From positions 512,001 to 576,000 of the forward strand of contig CAXXTB010000002.1 in NCBI GenBank assembly GCA_963676795.2: a DNA stretch of 64,000 bases. Reading direction: 5' to 3'. The notes under the pieces were generated by a model. That model had not been told where the DNA came from, searched no databases, and was given only the letters and a program-made list of their open reading frames with translations. The stretch is from Geopsychrobacteraceae bacterium (GTDB taxonomy: Bacteria; Desulfobacterota; Desulfuromonadia; Desulfuromonadales; Geopsychrobacteraceae). Every line of letters begins with the position of its first letter. Positions within the stretch are counted from its first letter, which is position 1. Positions 39,738-49,838 of this stretch are shown piece by piece. The position numbers and the translations under genes are program-made.

Positions 39738-40757
39738 TTATTTGAATGGTGGAGAATACATCAGACCGCCGTTGGTCCACAGGGCGTTGAGACCCCGCTC
39801 GATACCAAGCTTGGTATTGACACCAACGTTACGCTCAAAGACTTCGCCGTAGTTGCCAACCTGCTTGATGATGTTGTAGGCCCATTTCTCGTCGAGGCCA
39901 AGGGCCGCGCCGTTACCGGCAGAGACACCGAGGAAACGCTGAATGGCCGGGTTGGTGCTCTTGAGCATTTCGTCGACATTGGCCGAGGTGATGCCCAGCT
40001 CTTCGGCTTCGATCATGGCCAGAACCGAGAAGTCGACGATGTCGCGGAACTGGTCGTCACCATGGCGGACGGCAGGGGCCAGAGGCTCCTTGGAGATGAT
40101 TTCCGGCAGGATGATGTAGTCTTTCGGGTTCGGAGCGACCGCGCGACTGCCGGCGAGCTGAGAGGCGTCGGAGGTCAGCACGTCGCAGCGCCCGGCGAAG
40201 AAGGTTTTGGCAAGCTCGCTGGTCGATTCGATGACGACCGGATTCCAGGCCATCTTGTGGTTGCGGAAATAGTCAGCCGCATTCTGTTCGGTTGTGGTTC
40301 CCGGCAGAACACAGACCGTGGCGCCATCGAGCTCGGTGGCGCTCTTGACCCCGAGATCCTTGGAGATCAGGAAGCCCTGGCCGTCATAGTAGTTGACAGT
40401 GACAAAGTTCAGACCGAGCTGGGTTTCGCGGCTCAGGGTCCGGGTTGCGTTACGGGTAAGCAGATCGATTTCGCCGGACTGCAGAGCGGTAAAACGCTGC
40501 TGGGCCGTCAGCGGGGTGAATTTGACCTTGTCGGCGTCACCGAAGATGGCCGCGGCAACGGCGCGGGCGGTGTCGACATCGAGGCCCTTCCAGACCCCTT
40601 TTTCATCCGGCATGCCGAAGCCGAAGACGCCGCCGTTGACGCCGGCCTGAATGAAGCCTTTTTTCTTGACGGTATCGAGGTCCTTGCCGGCGTAGGCCAG
40701 ACTGACAAGGGCCAGGCTGATGATGGCACAGAGCAAGACAGATTTTCTCATTCTCAT
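39738..40757 (-). CDS. aapJ: General L-amino acid ABC substrate-binding protein
   Basis: RFTALQSGEID, YYDGQGF, ISKEPL, VGNYGE. Confidence 0.92.
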   Translation of the reverse strand: MRMRKSVLLCAIISLALVSLAYAGKDLDTVKKKGFIQAGVNGGVFGFGMPDEKGVWKGLDVDTARAVAAAIFGDADKVKFTPLTAQQRFTALQSGEIDLLTRNATRTLSRETQLGLNFVTVNYYDGQGFLISKDLGVKSATELDGATVCVLPGTTTEQNAADYFRNHKMAWNPVVIESTSELAKTFFAGRCDVLTSDASQLAGSRAVAPNPKDYIILPEIISKEPLAPAVRHGDDQFRDIVDFSVLAMIEAEELGITSANVDEMLKSTNPAIQRFLGVSAGNGAALGLDEKWAYNIIKQVGNYGEVFERNVGVNTKLGIERGLNALWTNGGLMYSPPFK

Positions 40758-41078
40758 GACGATCTCCTAAGTTATGCGTTTACGTGCAAAAAAGATCTGA
40801 ACACAAACGGAAAGTGCCGAACGTCCGTCGGCGAGCGGTCATCGGTCAATCTATGCAGCCATTAAATATATGTATTTAATCATATACGGTAGAACTGTAC
40901 CCGTGTCAAATGAGTGTGATTGTTTTTTTATCTGTAATAACGACAGTTTTCTTTAATGTTGGGGCTGGAACGGCCTGCTGCTCTCGACCTTGAAAGCAGC
41001 AGGCGAAGGGGCTGGTGATCAGCGCTCAACTGGGTGCCGTCCGGAAACTCCGGACGGGCACAGTGTCAGTTTCTGATA

Positions 41079-41483
41079 CTAGCTGGCCATGTGATGCGCA
41101 ACATACTTGCCGTTTTTATGGCAGCGGGAGCCGTCTGAGCGCTGCAGGATGGCACATTCGTCATGGGCGTCGACCCGCAGGCCGACAACCTTGTAGGAGA
41201 AATGCCCCTGCTCGAATGATTGCCCCAGCCACTCGGCGCGCATGCCGAAGCTTTCGGCATAAGAGAGGAAATCTTCTTCCTCTTTTTCGCTGGCGACGGT
41301 TTCTTTTCGTTCCGGGACATTCAGTTGGCAATAGCAGCTGAACGTGGTTGCGTCGGGATAGAGACGTCCATTGGGGAAGGAAAGAAGCAGGCCGTATTTC
41401 TCGGCGATAGGTTTGAGTGCTTCAGCGATTTCGGTGTTGATTGTCGTGCAGAGGTCTTCGGTCAGTTTTTTTACTTGGCTCAT
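41079..41483 (-). CDS. Hypothetical protein (134 aa)
   Basis: AAGGAG RBS before ATG 41483; isolated ORF, no recognised motif. Confidence 0.7.
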   Translation of the reverse strand: MSQVKKLTEDLCTTINTEIAEALKPIAEKYGLLLSFPNGRLYPDATTFSCYCQLNVPERKETVASEKEEEDFLSYAESFGMRAEWLGQSFEQGHFSYKVVGLRVDAHDECAILQRSDGSRCHKNGKYVAHHMAS

Positions 41484-41645
41484 GTGACACTCTCCTTCCT
41501 TCAGTGAAAAAGTTATGACACTGCGAGGTTCCTGGAGGACGTCGTTGGCCGCCATTGATGTCCCATAGAAGTGTGATGGTTTCTTCCAGCGGCTTCCATA
41601 GCCTTTGGCGGGACTGAATCTCAATGAATAATATGCTGCTATTTT

Positions 41646-41680
41646 AGCACTTTCCCCTTTTGGTTCAAGGGGAAAGTGCT
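41646..41680. terminator. Hairpin after the USP gene
   Basis: AGCACTTTCCCCTT-TTGGTTC-AAGGGGAAAGTGCT. Confidence 0.7.
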
Positions 41681-41718
41681 GATTCTTTTTCAGCCTGAAT
41701 CGGGAGGGAATGCGTTGC

Positions 41719-42579
41719 TTAACGCAACAGGAGCAGCGGCTGCTCGGTTGCGAGCAGCATCTTGACGGTGAAGCTGCCGATCAGCATGTCCCTGATCCGG
41801 TGATGGGTAAAGGCGCCCATGACGGTCAGGTCTATCTGTTCCTGCCGCTGATAGCTGCACAGAACGTCCTGCGGGGTGCCGGACAGTTCGGCAACGGTCA
41901 CCTCGAACCCGGCTTTTTTGAGCTGGCCTGCGGCGCGCTCGATAGTGTCTTTGAATTTCTGCGACTGGTTGACGTTGACCAGGTGACAGGGCAGGCCTCT
42001 GAGTAGAGGACGTTCGGTCAGCATTTTGAGCGCTTTGAAGGAGCCTTCGCTGCCGTCGAAGGCGAGCATGATTTTGGTCGGTTCCTTAAACGCACGGTTG
42101 ACGATGAAGATCGGCTTGTAAAGAGAGCGCACGACGGTTTCCAGGTGAGCGCCGATCCGCTGTTCGCGGTCCTGACTCTTGAGGCCGCGGATGCCCATGA
42201 ACAGGACCCGGATGTCATCTTCCGCATCGACCAGGGTTTTATGCAGGGAACCCATGCGTTGGCTGTGCAGTGGCTGCGGGCCGCCGGCATTGACGATCCG
42301 TTCGCTGAGCCTGTGCAGCAGGGTTTGCCCTTCTTCGATGAGTATCCGGCTGCGTTTTTCCTCCAGGCTGACCAGCTCTTCCATCAGCTGTTCGCTGGCT
42401 CCAAGGCCGATGCTGCCACTTAAGTCGAGGACGGTATCGGCACGCTCTTCGATGCTGTGCAGCAATTTGATGTCGACGCCGATCCGTCTGTGCGCCCACA
42501 GGGCGTAATCGCAGACGGCGTCGGTGAAAGGGGAGCCGTCGACACAGGCGACAATCTTGGCTTCAGGGTTGATCTGCAT
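41719..42579 (-). CDS. Tandem-domain universal stress protein
   Basis: ACVDGS, LSGSIGLGA, AFDGS, VMGAF...IGS. Confidence 0.9.
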   Translation of the reverse strand: MQINPEAKIVACVDGSPFTDAVCDYALWAHRRIGVDIKLLHSIEERADTVLDLSGSIGLGASEQLMEELVSLEEKRSRILIEEGQTLLHRLSERIVNAGGPQPLHSQRMGSLHKTLVDAEDDIRVLFMGIRGLKSQDREQRIGAHLETVVRSLYKPIFIVNRAFKEPTKIMLAFDGSEGSFKALKMLTERPLLRGLPCHLVNVNQSQKFKDTIERAAGQLKKAGFEVTVAELSGTPQDVLCSYQRQEQIDLTVMGAFTHHRIRDMLIGSFTVKMLLATEQPLLLLR

Positions 42580-44064
42580 TTAGTGGCCTCCAAGAACCTT
42601 GTCCAGTTGTTCAGGTTTGTCGTAGCTGCCAAAGCGATCGACAATGGTTTCGCTGGCTTCATTGAGGCCAATGACATTGACCTTGCTACCGTTGCGTCTG
42701 AATTTGATGACGGTCTTGTCCAGCGCGCCGACGGCCGAAATATCCCAGAAGTGGGCCCGGCTCAGGTCGATGGTGATTTCGTCGACCGCCTCGCGAAAGT
42801 CAAAGGCACTGACAAACTGGCTTGCCGAAGCGAAGAAGACCTGGCCGACGACATGATAACAGCGTTGTCCGCTCTGTGCATCCAGTTTTGACTCGACGTA
42901 CAAGAAGCGGCCGATCTTGTTGGCGAAAAAGAGCGCTGCCAGCAGGACGCCGGAGAGTACCCCGAGAGCCAGATTGTGGGTCCAGACGACCACGACCACG
43001 GTGACCAGGATGACCAGATTGGTCGACAGCGGCCGGTGCCGCGCCTCTTTGATCGACTCCCAGCTGAAGGTGCCGATCGAGACCATGATCATGACGGCGA
43101 CCAGGGCTGCCATCGGAATGATCGAGACGAAGTCGCTCAAAAAGACCACCAGGATCAGCAGCAGAATACCGGCGACCAGAGTCGAAAGACGCCCGCGGCC
43201 GCCCGATTTGACGTTGATGACCGACTGGCCGATCATGGCGCAACCGGCCATGCCGCCGAACAGGCCGGAAACGACATTGGCCAGCCCCTGCCCCTTGCAC
43301 TCGCGGTTCTTGTCGCTGTCGGTGTCGGTGAAATCATCGACAATGGCGCTGGTCATCAGCGACTCGAGCAGACCGACAACCGCCAGCGGGATAGAGTAGG
43401 GGAGGATGATCTTCAATGTCTCAAGATTCAGCGGGACATCGGGCCAGAGGAAAATCGGCAGTGAGTCGGGCAGCTCGCCCATGTCGCCGACGGTGCGGAT
43501 GTCGATCTTGAGAAAATAGCACGCGGCCGTCAAAAGCAGGATCGCCACCAGCGGCGACGGGATGGTCTTGTTGATGCGCGGGAAGGTGTAGATGATCAGC
43601 AGGCCGACAGCGGTGACGGCATAGACATGCCAGGTCACATGGGTCAGTTCCGGCAGTTGGGCCATGAAGATCAGAATCGCCAGCGCGTTGACAAAGCCGG
43701 TGACGACCGCCTTGGAGACGAAGCGCATCAGCTCGCCGAGACGCAGGTAGCCGGCGATAATCTGCAGGACACCGGTCAGGAGACTGGCGGCGAACAGGTA
43801 CTGCAGGCCGTGCTCCTTGACCAGGGTGGTCATCAGCAGTGCCATGGCACCGGTCGCTGCGGAGATCATCCCGGGTCTGCCGCCGGTGATGGCGGTAACC
43901 ACGGCAATACAGAAGGAGGCATAGAGGCCGACCTTGGGATCGACCCCGGCGATAATCGAAAAGGCGATCGCTTCTGGGATCAGGGCCAGGGCGACGACAC
44001 AGCCGGCCAGGATATCGGCGCGTTTGTTGCCGAGCCAGTCTTGCTTTTTTGAGAGTAACAGCAT
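42580..44064 (-). CDS. SulP-family anion transporter with STAS domain
   Basis: [32 protein letters not shown]-terminal STAS. Confidence 0.93.
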   Translation of the reverse strand: MLLLSKKQDWLGNKRADILAGCVVALALIPEAIAFSIIAGVDPKVGLYASFCIAVVTAITGGRPGMISAATGAMALLMTTLVKEHGLQYLFAASLLTGVLQIIAGYLRLGELMRFVSKAVVTGFVNALAILIFMAQLPELTHVTWHVYAVTAVGLLIIYTFPRINKTIPSPLVAILLLTAACYFLKIDIRTVGDMGELPDSLPIFLWPDVPLNLETLKIILPYSIPLAVVGLLESLMTSAIVDDFTDTDSDKNRECKGQGLANVVSGLFGGMAGCAMIGQSVINVKSGGRGRLSTLVAGILLLILVVFLSDFVSIIPMAALVAVMIMVSIGTFSWESIKEARHRPLSTNLVILVTVVVVVWTHNLALGVLSGVLLAALFFANKIGRFLYVESKLDAQSGQRCYHVVGQVFFASASQFVSAFDFREAVDEITIDLSRAHFWDISAVGALDKTVIKFRRNGSKVNVIGLNEASETIVDRFGSYDKPEQLDKVLGGH

Positions 44065-44219
44065 TGTTTTGTATTCCATCAGTCATGCAGAAAAAAGCTT
44101 CAGGAGACTACCTGCTCCTGTTTTTTTGAACAAAAGGGTGAACCTAACGAATTAACTTTGTGTGAGGCAAGTTAATTTTCTTTGATTGGGGCGGATCATG
44201 GGTGGTTGTTTTTGAACTC

Positions 44220-44531
44220 ATTCGGTTCTGCCCGTTAGATGGGCATAGCCCATCTAACGGGCGCCTTCTGTTTTGCTGGCTCGAACCGATGGAGATGACT
44301 AGAACAGCTTACGTCAGTGTTTTTCAAGAGTCAAAAGCACGGGCTCGCGCGCCCGTACGGCGCCTTACTCTTTTGTCTTGCCACAAAAGAGTAAGCAGAA
44401 AAGGGCAGTTTTAAATGCTGATGTAAATTGTTCGTGGTGATCTTCGTAGCTTCTGGGCTGCTATTCTCTACACGCTCAGACGAGGCGCTTTGCGCCCCGA
44501 TTCGCGCAATCGCAAAGCCGATTCCCGGCTT
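44220..44531. repeat. Modular palindromic intergenic element, copy 3
   Basis: Starts ATTCGGTTCTGCC..TAGATGGGCA, ends GCAAAGCCGATTCCCGGCTT; collinear with the reverse complement of copy 2, apart from a central deletion. Confidence 0.88.
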
Positions 44532-44581
44532 GATATGATTGGAACAGGCCTTTCTTTTGGATCATTTGTGGTTTGGCTGCA

Positions 44582-46648
44582 TTAGAAGCTGACAGTCAGC
44601 GAAGCCCCGATCATTCTCGGCTGTTGTTGCAGCGGAGCGTCGGTGTCGTTGTTGCTGATCAGGATCGTCGAATCATCATCGAACAGGTTGCTGGCGAACA
44701 GCGCCAGGCGGGTCCTGGTGAAGTTGTAGGCGATCTGCATGTCGGCGAGCCAGAAGCTGTCAATCTTCCCGGCGCCGTCATTGTCGTAGTAGGAATAGTA
44801 ATCGGCAAAGTAGCTGACATCGGCGCTGATATCGAGTTTTCCCCAGTGGTAGATACCTCCCAGGTGCCCCGTATAGCCGGGCGAGCGGGGCAGCTCATTC
44901 CCTTCGTAATCGTTCATGCTGAATTTGAGGATCTCTGTTTCCAGCAGGCCGAAGCTGGCCGAAAGTTCCAGGTCTTCGCCAGCCAGCCAGCGGCCGGAGA
45001 TCTCGGCGCCGTAGGTCTGCACATCGTCGGCATTGATGATGGTGGTCGATTTGGCCGTCAGGTAATAGGGGAGCTGCATATCCCTATAGCGGTTGTAGAA
45101 AATATTGGTCGACAGTTCCAGTCGGGCGTCGAAAAGCAGGTGGCGGCAGTACAGCTCGTAATTCCAGACATATTCTTCGTCAAAAGCGTAACTGGTGACC
45201 GGCGCCGCGGTGGTGATTCCCGCCCCGCCGGCGCGATAGCCTCGGCTGATCTTTATTCCCAACGTCTGGTCTTGCGCATAGAGCCAGGCCAGGTCGAGTT
45301 TCGGCAGCAGGGTCCGGTAGGTTTCGTCGAAATCGATGGACACCGTATTCGCGGCATCCCCGCCGCTGCGCCATCTGTGCTCATATTCATAGCGTGTGCC
45401 GAGGATCAGCCGGATCTCGGGACGCAGGGTGAAATTGCCTTCCGCGTAGGCGGAGGCAGTTCTGGTCTTGTCCGTGAAGTTGCTGCCGCCGTAAATATCG
45501 ACGAATTCATCCTGCTCGGCCTGGAAATAGCGCAGTCCGGCCTGGCCGTAGAAAGGTTCATCACTGGTGCCAAAATGGAATAACGGTTCGACCTGGAACT
45601 CGTGTCCGTCGATATTGGCCTCGGGGTTGCTCGGATCGGTCAGGCGGTCGATGGAAAATTCCGAATAGAGCAGGCTGTTCTCCAGTTCTGAGCCGTTATC
45701 GAACTGCCATTCCAGATCCCAGCGGCCGGTGGTCGAGGCGGTTTCGAAGACCGGCCGTGCGACGCTGAATTTGGAACCGGTGCTGGTATCCGGAGCATAG
45801 TTCTCGTTCTGCGGTGCCCTGGTTTCGATCCGGGTCAGGGCCAGGCTGCTGAGCAGCTGCGACAGTGCATCGGGCAGGTAGAGAAGTTTGCCCCGGTAGG
45901 TACTGGTCACAATCCAGCGCGGGTCGCCAGCCTCTGCGTAGGATTCAAGGTCGGTCGCGCTTTTATGCCGTTGCCGGTCGGCACTCAGGCGCAGGGCCAG
46001 TTCATCGGTAAGCGGGCCGGAAATCACGGCGGCCAGCTGCGAGTAGGATTGTTCACCGGCGGCGACTTTTGCCTTGTTCTGCCAGTTAAAGGTCGGATCT
46101 TCCGATTCGAGAATTACCGCACCGGCAATGGCGTTGCGTCCGGATATATAGCTCTGAGGCCCGAGGTAGATTTCCGTCCGTTCGATATCCCACAGCGATT
46201 GCGGGCCGAAGGCCAGTTCGTTGTAGGTCAGCGAACGGCCATCGAGGGTGACATTCAGGCGCGGCCTGAGCCCGGCAAAGAAAGCGACCCGGCCCCGTCC
46301 CGGCCCCGAACCGTCAATCCCGCGCACCGTCGGCAGATCGTCGGCGTTGCCGACCGAAACGATGTTGGCTGTTTTGTCGAGCAGATCGTTGACCCGGGTG
46401 GCATTGGCCAGCCGGGTGATGGATTCCTCGTCGAACACCTTGACACTCGTGCCGGTTGTCTGGGTCGTCCGCTCGCTTTTTTCACCAGTGACGATGACCG
46501 GCGGCAGTACTGAGGCAGGGACGTTTTGAGTGCTTGCATCGCTGATCTGTTGTTCCGCCCGGCATGGAGCCCAGGCGCTGAGGCACAGCAACAGGGCACA
46601 GCACGAGGCTGCGTGGCCGAACCGTTTATGACCGGTCAGGTGTGGCAT
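44582..46648 (-). CDS. TonB-dependent receptor (siderophore-receptor-like)
   Basis: Signal peptide, VIVTGEK, GPQS...GRNAIAGA plug, NLFD, terminal F. Confidence 0.9.
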   Translation of the reverse strand: MPHLTGHKRFGHAASCCALLLCLSAWAPCRAEQQISDASTQNVPASVLPPVIVTGEKSERTTQTTGTSVKVFDEESITRLANATRVNDLLDKTANIVSVGNADDLPTVRGIDGSGPGRGRVAFFAGLRPRLNVTLDGRSLTYNELAFGPQSLWDIERTEIYLGPQSYISGRNAIAGAVILESEDPTFNWQNKAKVAAGEQSYSQLAAVISGPLTDELALRLSADRQRHKSATDLESYAEAGDPRWIVTSTYRGKLLYLPDALSQLLSSLALTRIETRAPQNENYAPDTSTGSKFSVARPVFETASTTGRWDLEWQFDNGSELENSLLYSEFSIDRLTDPSNPEANIDGHEFQVEPLFHFGTSDEPFYGQAGLRYFQAEQDEFVDIYGGSNFTDKTRTASAYAEGNFTLRPEIRLILGTRYEYEHRWRSGGDAANTVSIDFDETYRTLLPKLDLAWLYAQDQTLGIKISRGYRAGGAGITTAAPVTSYAFDEEYVWNYELYCRHLLFDARLELSTNIFYNRYRDMQLPYYLTAKSTTIINADDVQTYGAEISGRWLAGEDLELSASFGLLETEILKFSMNDYEGNELPRSPGYTGHLGGIYHWGKLDISADVSYFADYYSYYDNDGAGKIDSFWLADMQIAYNFTRTRLALFASNLFDDDSTILISNNDTDAPLQQQPRMIGASLTVSF

Positions 46649-46864
46649 CTTGTTCCTCTCCCAGAGAATGGCGTCAGTTGGTGTTGAACTGCCGTCCAGC
46701 ATAAACGGTTGATTATAGTGCCAAAAAAAAACATTTCCAGTCGGATAGGCAGTTTTACTGTGGTATTTTTATCAATTTCGACAATCTTCACTACCTCTGC
46801 TGACGAATCGCAAGATACTGCTAGACTTTCAATAAACGCAGCAGAGCGCAGAGGAGTGCAGGCT

Positions 46865-48571
46865 ATGGACAGAATCAGGTTTAACTATCGGGAAGAACGC
46901 ATTGCCTACTTTACCATGGAAATCGGCCTGAGTTCCGAGATCCCGACCTACAGCGGCGGCCTTGGAGTTCTGGCTGGTGATACGATCAAGAGTGCCGCCG
47001 ACCTGAAGCTACCGATGGTCGCTGTGACCCTGCTTTATCGCAAGGGGTACTTTATCCAAAGCCTCGACAACAAGGGGTGGCAGCACGAACAGCCGGTCAA
47101 GTGGCAGCCGGAGCAGCATATGGAGCGGCTGCCGCGTAAATCGATGGTGACCATCGAAGGGCGCGATGTCAAGATTCAGGCCTGGCTGCATCGGGTCAAG
47201 AGTCCGTCCGGCGGCGAGGTCCCGGTGCTGTTCCTCGATACCGACATCCCGGGGAATTCTGAACAGGACAGAGGCCTGACCGATTACCTCTACGGTGGTG
47301 ACAAACTGTTACGTCTCAAGCAGGAGATCATCCTCGGCATCGGCGGGGTGCGGATGCTCCGGGCGCTGAACTTTCCGGTCAAGAAGTATCACATGAACGA
47401 AGGGCATGCGAGCCTGCTCACAATCGAACTGCTCAATACCAGCCGCGGACCGCTGGTCGGTCAGGAGCACAGTCCGCTGGTCGTTGAGCAGATCGTCAAT
47501 CAGTGTGTGTTTACGACCCATACTCCGGTTCCGGCCGGACATGACCGCTTTGACTATGCTCTGGTGGAAAGGGTCATGCCACCGGAGATTTCGATGGATA
47601 TGCTTAAGGTGTTTTCGTCACCGGACGAACTGAACATGACCCTGCTGGCCATGAACCTGAGCAATTACATCAATGGTGTTGCCAAAAAGCATGGCGAAGT
47701 CTCACAGAGCCTGTTCCCCGGTTTCCAGATTCACGCCATCACCAACGGCGTGCACCCCTTTACCTGGTGCTCGCCGTTTTTTGTCAGTCTCTATGACAAC
47801 TACCTTCCGGGCTGGGCCAACGAGCCTGAAGTTCTGGTTCGTGTCGATCATATCTCCGACGACGAGATCTGGGATGCGCACTGTGGGGCCAAAGCCCTGT
47901 TTTTCCTCTATATCAAGGAGAAGACCGGTATCGACCTGAACCCGGAGCTGTTGACCATCGGTTTCGCCCGGCGCGCGGCCTCTTACAAACGCGGAGACCT
48001 GATTTTTCATAACCTGGATCGTCTGCTGCAGATCGGCGAAGGGAAGTTGCAACTGATTTTCGGCGGCAAGGCTCACCCGCAGGATAAATGGGGGAAAGAG
48101 CTGATCCAGCGGATCATCCAGCAGGAGGAGAGACTTCGCGGCCGGATCTCGCTGGTCTACCTGGAAAACTATGACATGGAACTCGCCGCGCAGTTTATCC
48201 CTGGTGTCGATCTCTGGCTGAACAACCCGATCCGTCCTCAGGAGGCCTCGGGGACCAGCGGGATGAAAGCGGCGCTGAACGGTGTCCCCAATTTCAGTGT
48301 TCTCGACGGCTGGTGGATCGAGGGGCATATCGAGGGGGTGACCGGCTGGTCGATCGGTCCACCGGCCGACCAGGTGTGCAGCGAGGATGATTGTTACGAA
48401 GACGACGTCAACGACCTTTATACCAAGCTGGAAAAGACGATCATTCCGCTCTTCTATGAGAACCGCAGCGGCTGGATTCAGGTGATGAAGAACGCCATCA
48501 GCAAGAACGCCTATTATTTCAACACCCATGTGATGATGCGGCGTTATGTCACGGAGGCCTACATAAAATAA
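46865..48571 (+). CDS. glgP: Alpha-glucan (glycogen) phosphorylase, short form
   Basis: YSGGLGVLAGD, HMNEGH, EASGTSGMKA (PLP lysine). Confidence 0.93.
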   Translation: MDRIRFNYREERIAYFTMEIGLSSEIPTYSGGLGVLAGDTIKSAADLKLPMVAVTLLYRKGYFIQSLDNKGWQHEQPVKWQPEQHMERLPRKSMVTIEGRDVKIQAWLHRVKSPSGGEVPVLFLDTDIPGNSEQDRGLTDYLYGGDKLLRLKQEIILGIGGVRMLRALNFPVKKYHMNEGHASLLTIELLNTSRGPLVGQEHSPLVVEQIVNQCVFTTHTPVPAGHDRFDYALVERVMPPEISMDMLKVFSSPDELNMTLLAMNLSNYINGVAKKHGEVSQSLFPGFQIHAITNGVHPFTWCSPFFVSLYDNYLPGWANEPEVLVRVDHISDDEIWDAHCGAKALFFLYIKEKTGIDLNPELLTIGFARRAASYKRGDLIFHNLDRLLQIGEGKLQLIFGGKAHPQDKWGKELIQRIIQQEERLRGRISLVYLENYDMELAAQFIPGVDLWLNNPIRPQEASGTSGMKAALNGVPNFSVLDGWWIEGHIEGVTGWSIGPPADQVCSEDDCYEDDVNDLYTKLEKTIIPLFYENRSGWIQVMKNAISKNAYYFNTHVMMRRYVTEAYIK

Positions 48572-48587
48572 CGCAGAGCGACTGCTG

Positions 48588-49838
48588 TTAAACGTCGAGA
48601 GTGGTCAGTTGTTCGAGGAGCTGTTCCTCGTCGTCAAACTGTTGCGCGCCTTGCTTGACCAGCCTTTCAATCGCGGCCCAGGCCTGCCCCTCGGCAAAGT
48701 CATGCCGCGGGTCCTGTTTCAGCAGGTAGACCAGCTGACCATTGTCCAGTGCCCTGGCGGCCAGCTCCAGACAGGCAAGGTTGCCGGGTCCCCACCACTG
48801 GGTTGCGACGATGAGCACCCGGACTGATTCGAGCAGCTGACCGGTCTGTCGCAGTTTGGCCGTGGAGAGGGGCTGAAACGGCTGTTCGTCGATCGTCGGC
48901 AGGTTCAGCGTTGTGGCGGTTAGCTGATCTGAATCGCCCCGATTCACCGGGCCGCAGCTCAAGTCGGCCCCGCCCAGGTGGAGGCGGCGCAGGATGGTTC
49001 TGCCGCTCCCGCCGCCGCACAGGAGATGGATGCGCAGTCCGTCGAAGCGGAAGGCGGTGGTGTTGAAGCAGGGGACGATATGGGGGGTGCCGGTCAGCAA
49101 GTTCTGTTCGACTTTGATTTCGGCGCGGAAGACCTTGCTGAGGATTGGTCCGGTCATCACCTCGGCCGGTGTCCCGAGGGCGGCGATCTCCCCCTGCTCG
49201 TTAAAGAGCAGGATACGATCCGACATGGCGGCACTCAGGTCAAAGTCGTGGCTGACCTGAATGATTGTGGTCTGTCTCTCCCGGTTCTGGCGCAGCAACA
49301 GGTCGCTCAATTCGAGGCGGTGATTAATATCCAGATGGCTGGTGGCCTCATCGAGAAACAGCACAGGTGTTTCCTGGGCAAGGGCGCGAGCCAGTGCTGC
49401 CCGCTGAAGCTCTCCGCCGCTTAGGACGGTGACCGGCCGTTCAGCCAGCGGCAGCAGGTCGGTCATGGCCAGGGCCTGATCAACGGCCTGACGCTGGCCG
49501 GTCCCGTTGAAGTCGAAGAGGTGCTTGCGTTGTGAATAGCGTCCCATGGCGACGAAATCGCGCACCTTGTAGGGAAAGTCGACCCGGGTGAACTGGGTGA
49601 CCACGGCAACCCGGCGAGCCTTTTCCAGGGCCGAAAATCCAGCGATATCTTTCCCCTCCCATTTGACAGATCCGCCGGTTGTTTTCAACTGGCCGCGCAG
49701 CAGCTTGAGCAGGGTCGATTTGCCGCAGCCGTTCGGCCCGAGAATCGTCAGGATCTCTCCCTTGCGGACGGTAAAGTTCAGCGTTCTGAGCAGGCTGTCA
49801 CCGTTATAGCCGAAATTCAACTCTCTGACTTCGATCAC
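48588..49838 (-). CDS. btuD: Cobalamin ABC transporter ATPase with C-terminal extension
   Basis: GTG start overlapping the btuC stop; GPNGCGKS, LSGGE, LDEATSHLD; about 160 extra residues. Confidence 0.85.
   Translation of the reverse strand: MIEVRELNFGYNGDSLLRTLNFTVRKGEILTILGPNGCGKSTLLKLLRGQLKTTGGSVKWEGKDIAGFSALEKARRVAVVTQFTRVDFPYKVRDFVAMGRYSQRKHLFDFNGTGQRQAVDQALAMTDLLPLAERPVTVLSGGELQRAALARALAQETPVLFLDEATSHLDINHRLELSDLLLRQNRERQTTIIQVSHDFDLSAAMSDRILLFNEQGEIAALGTPAEVMTGPILSKVFRAEIKVEQNLLTGTPHIVPCFNTTAFRFDGLRIHLLCGGGSGRTILRRLHLGGADLSCGPVNRGDSDQLTATTLNLPTIDEQPFQPLSTAKLRQTGQLLESVRVLIVATQWWGPGNLACLELAARALDNGQLVYLLKQDPRHDFAEGQAWAAIERLVKQGAQQFDDEEQLLEQLTTLDV

Noticed and set aside
44065..44215. Riboswitch upstream of sulP
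   Set aside because: Only small hairpins; no fluoride, SAM or other consensus could be recognised.
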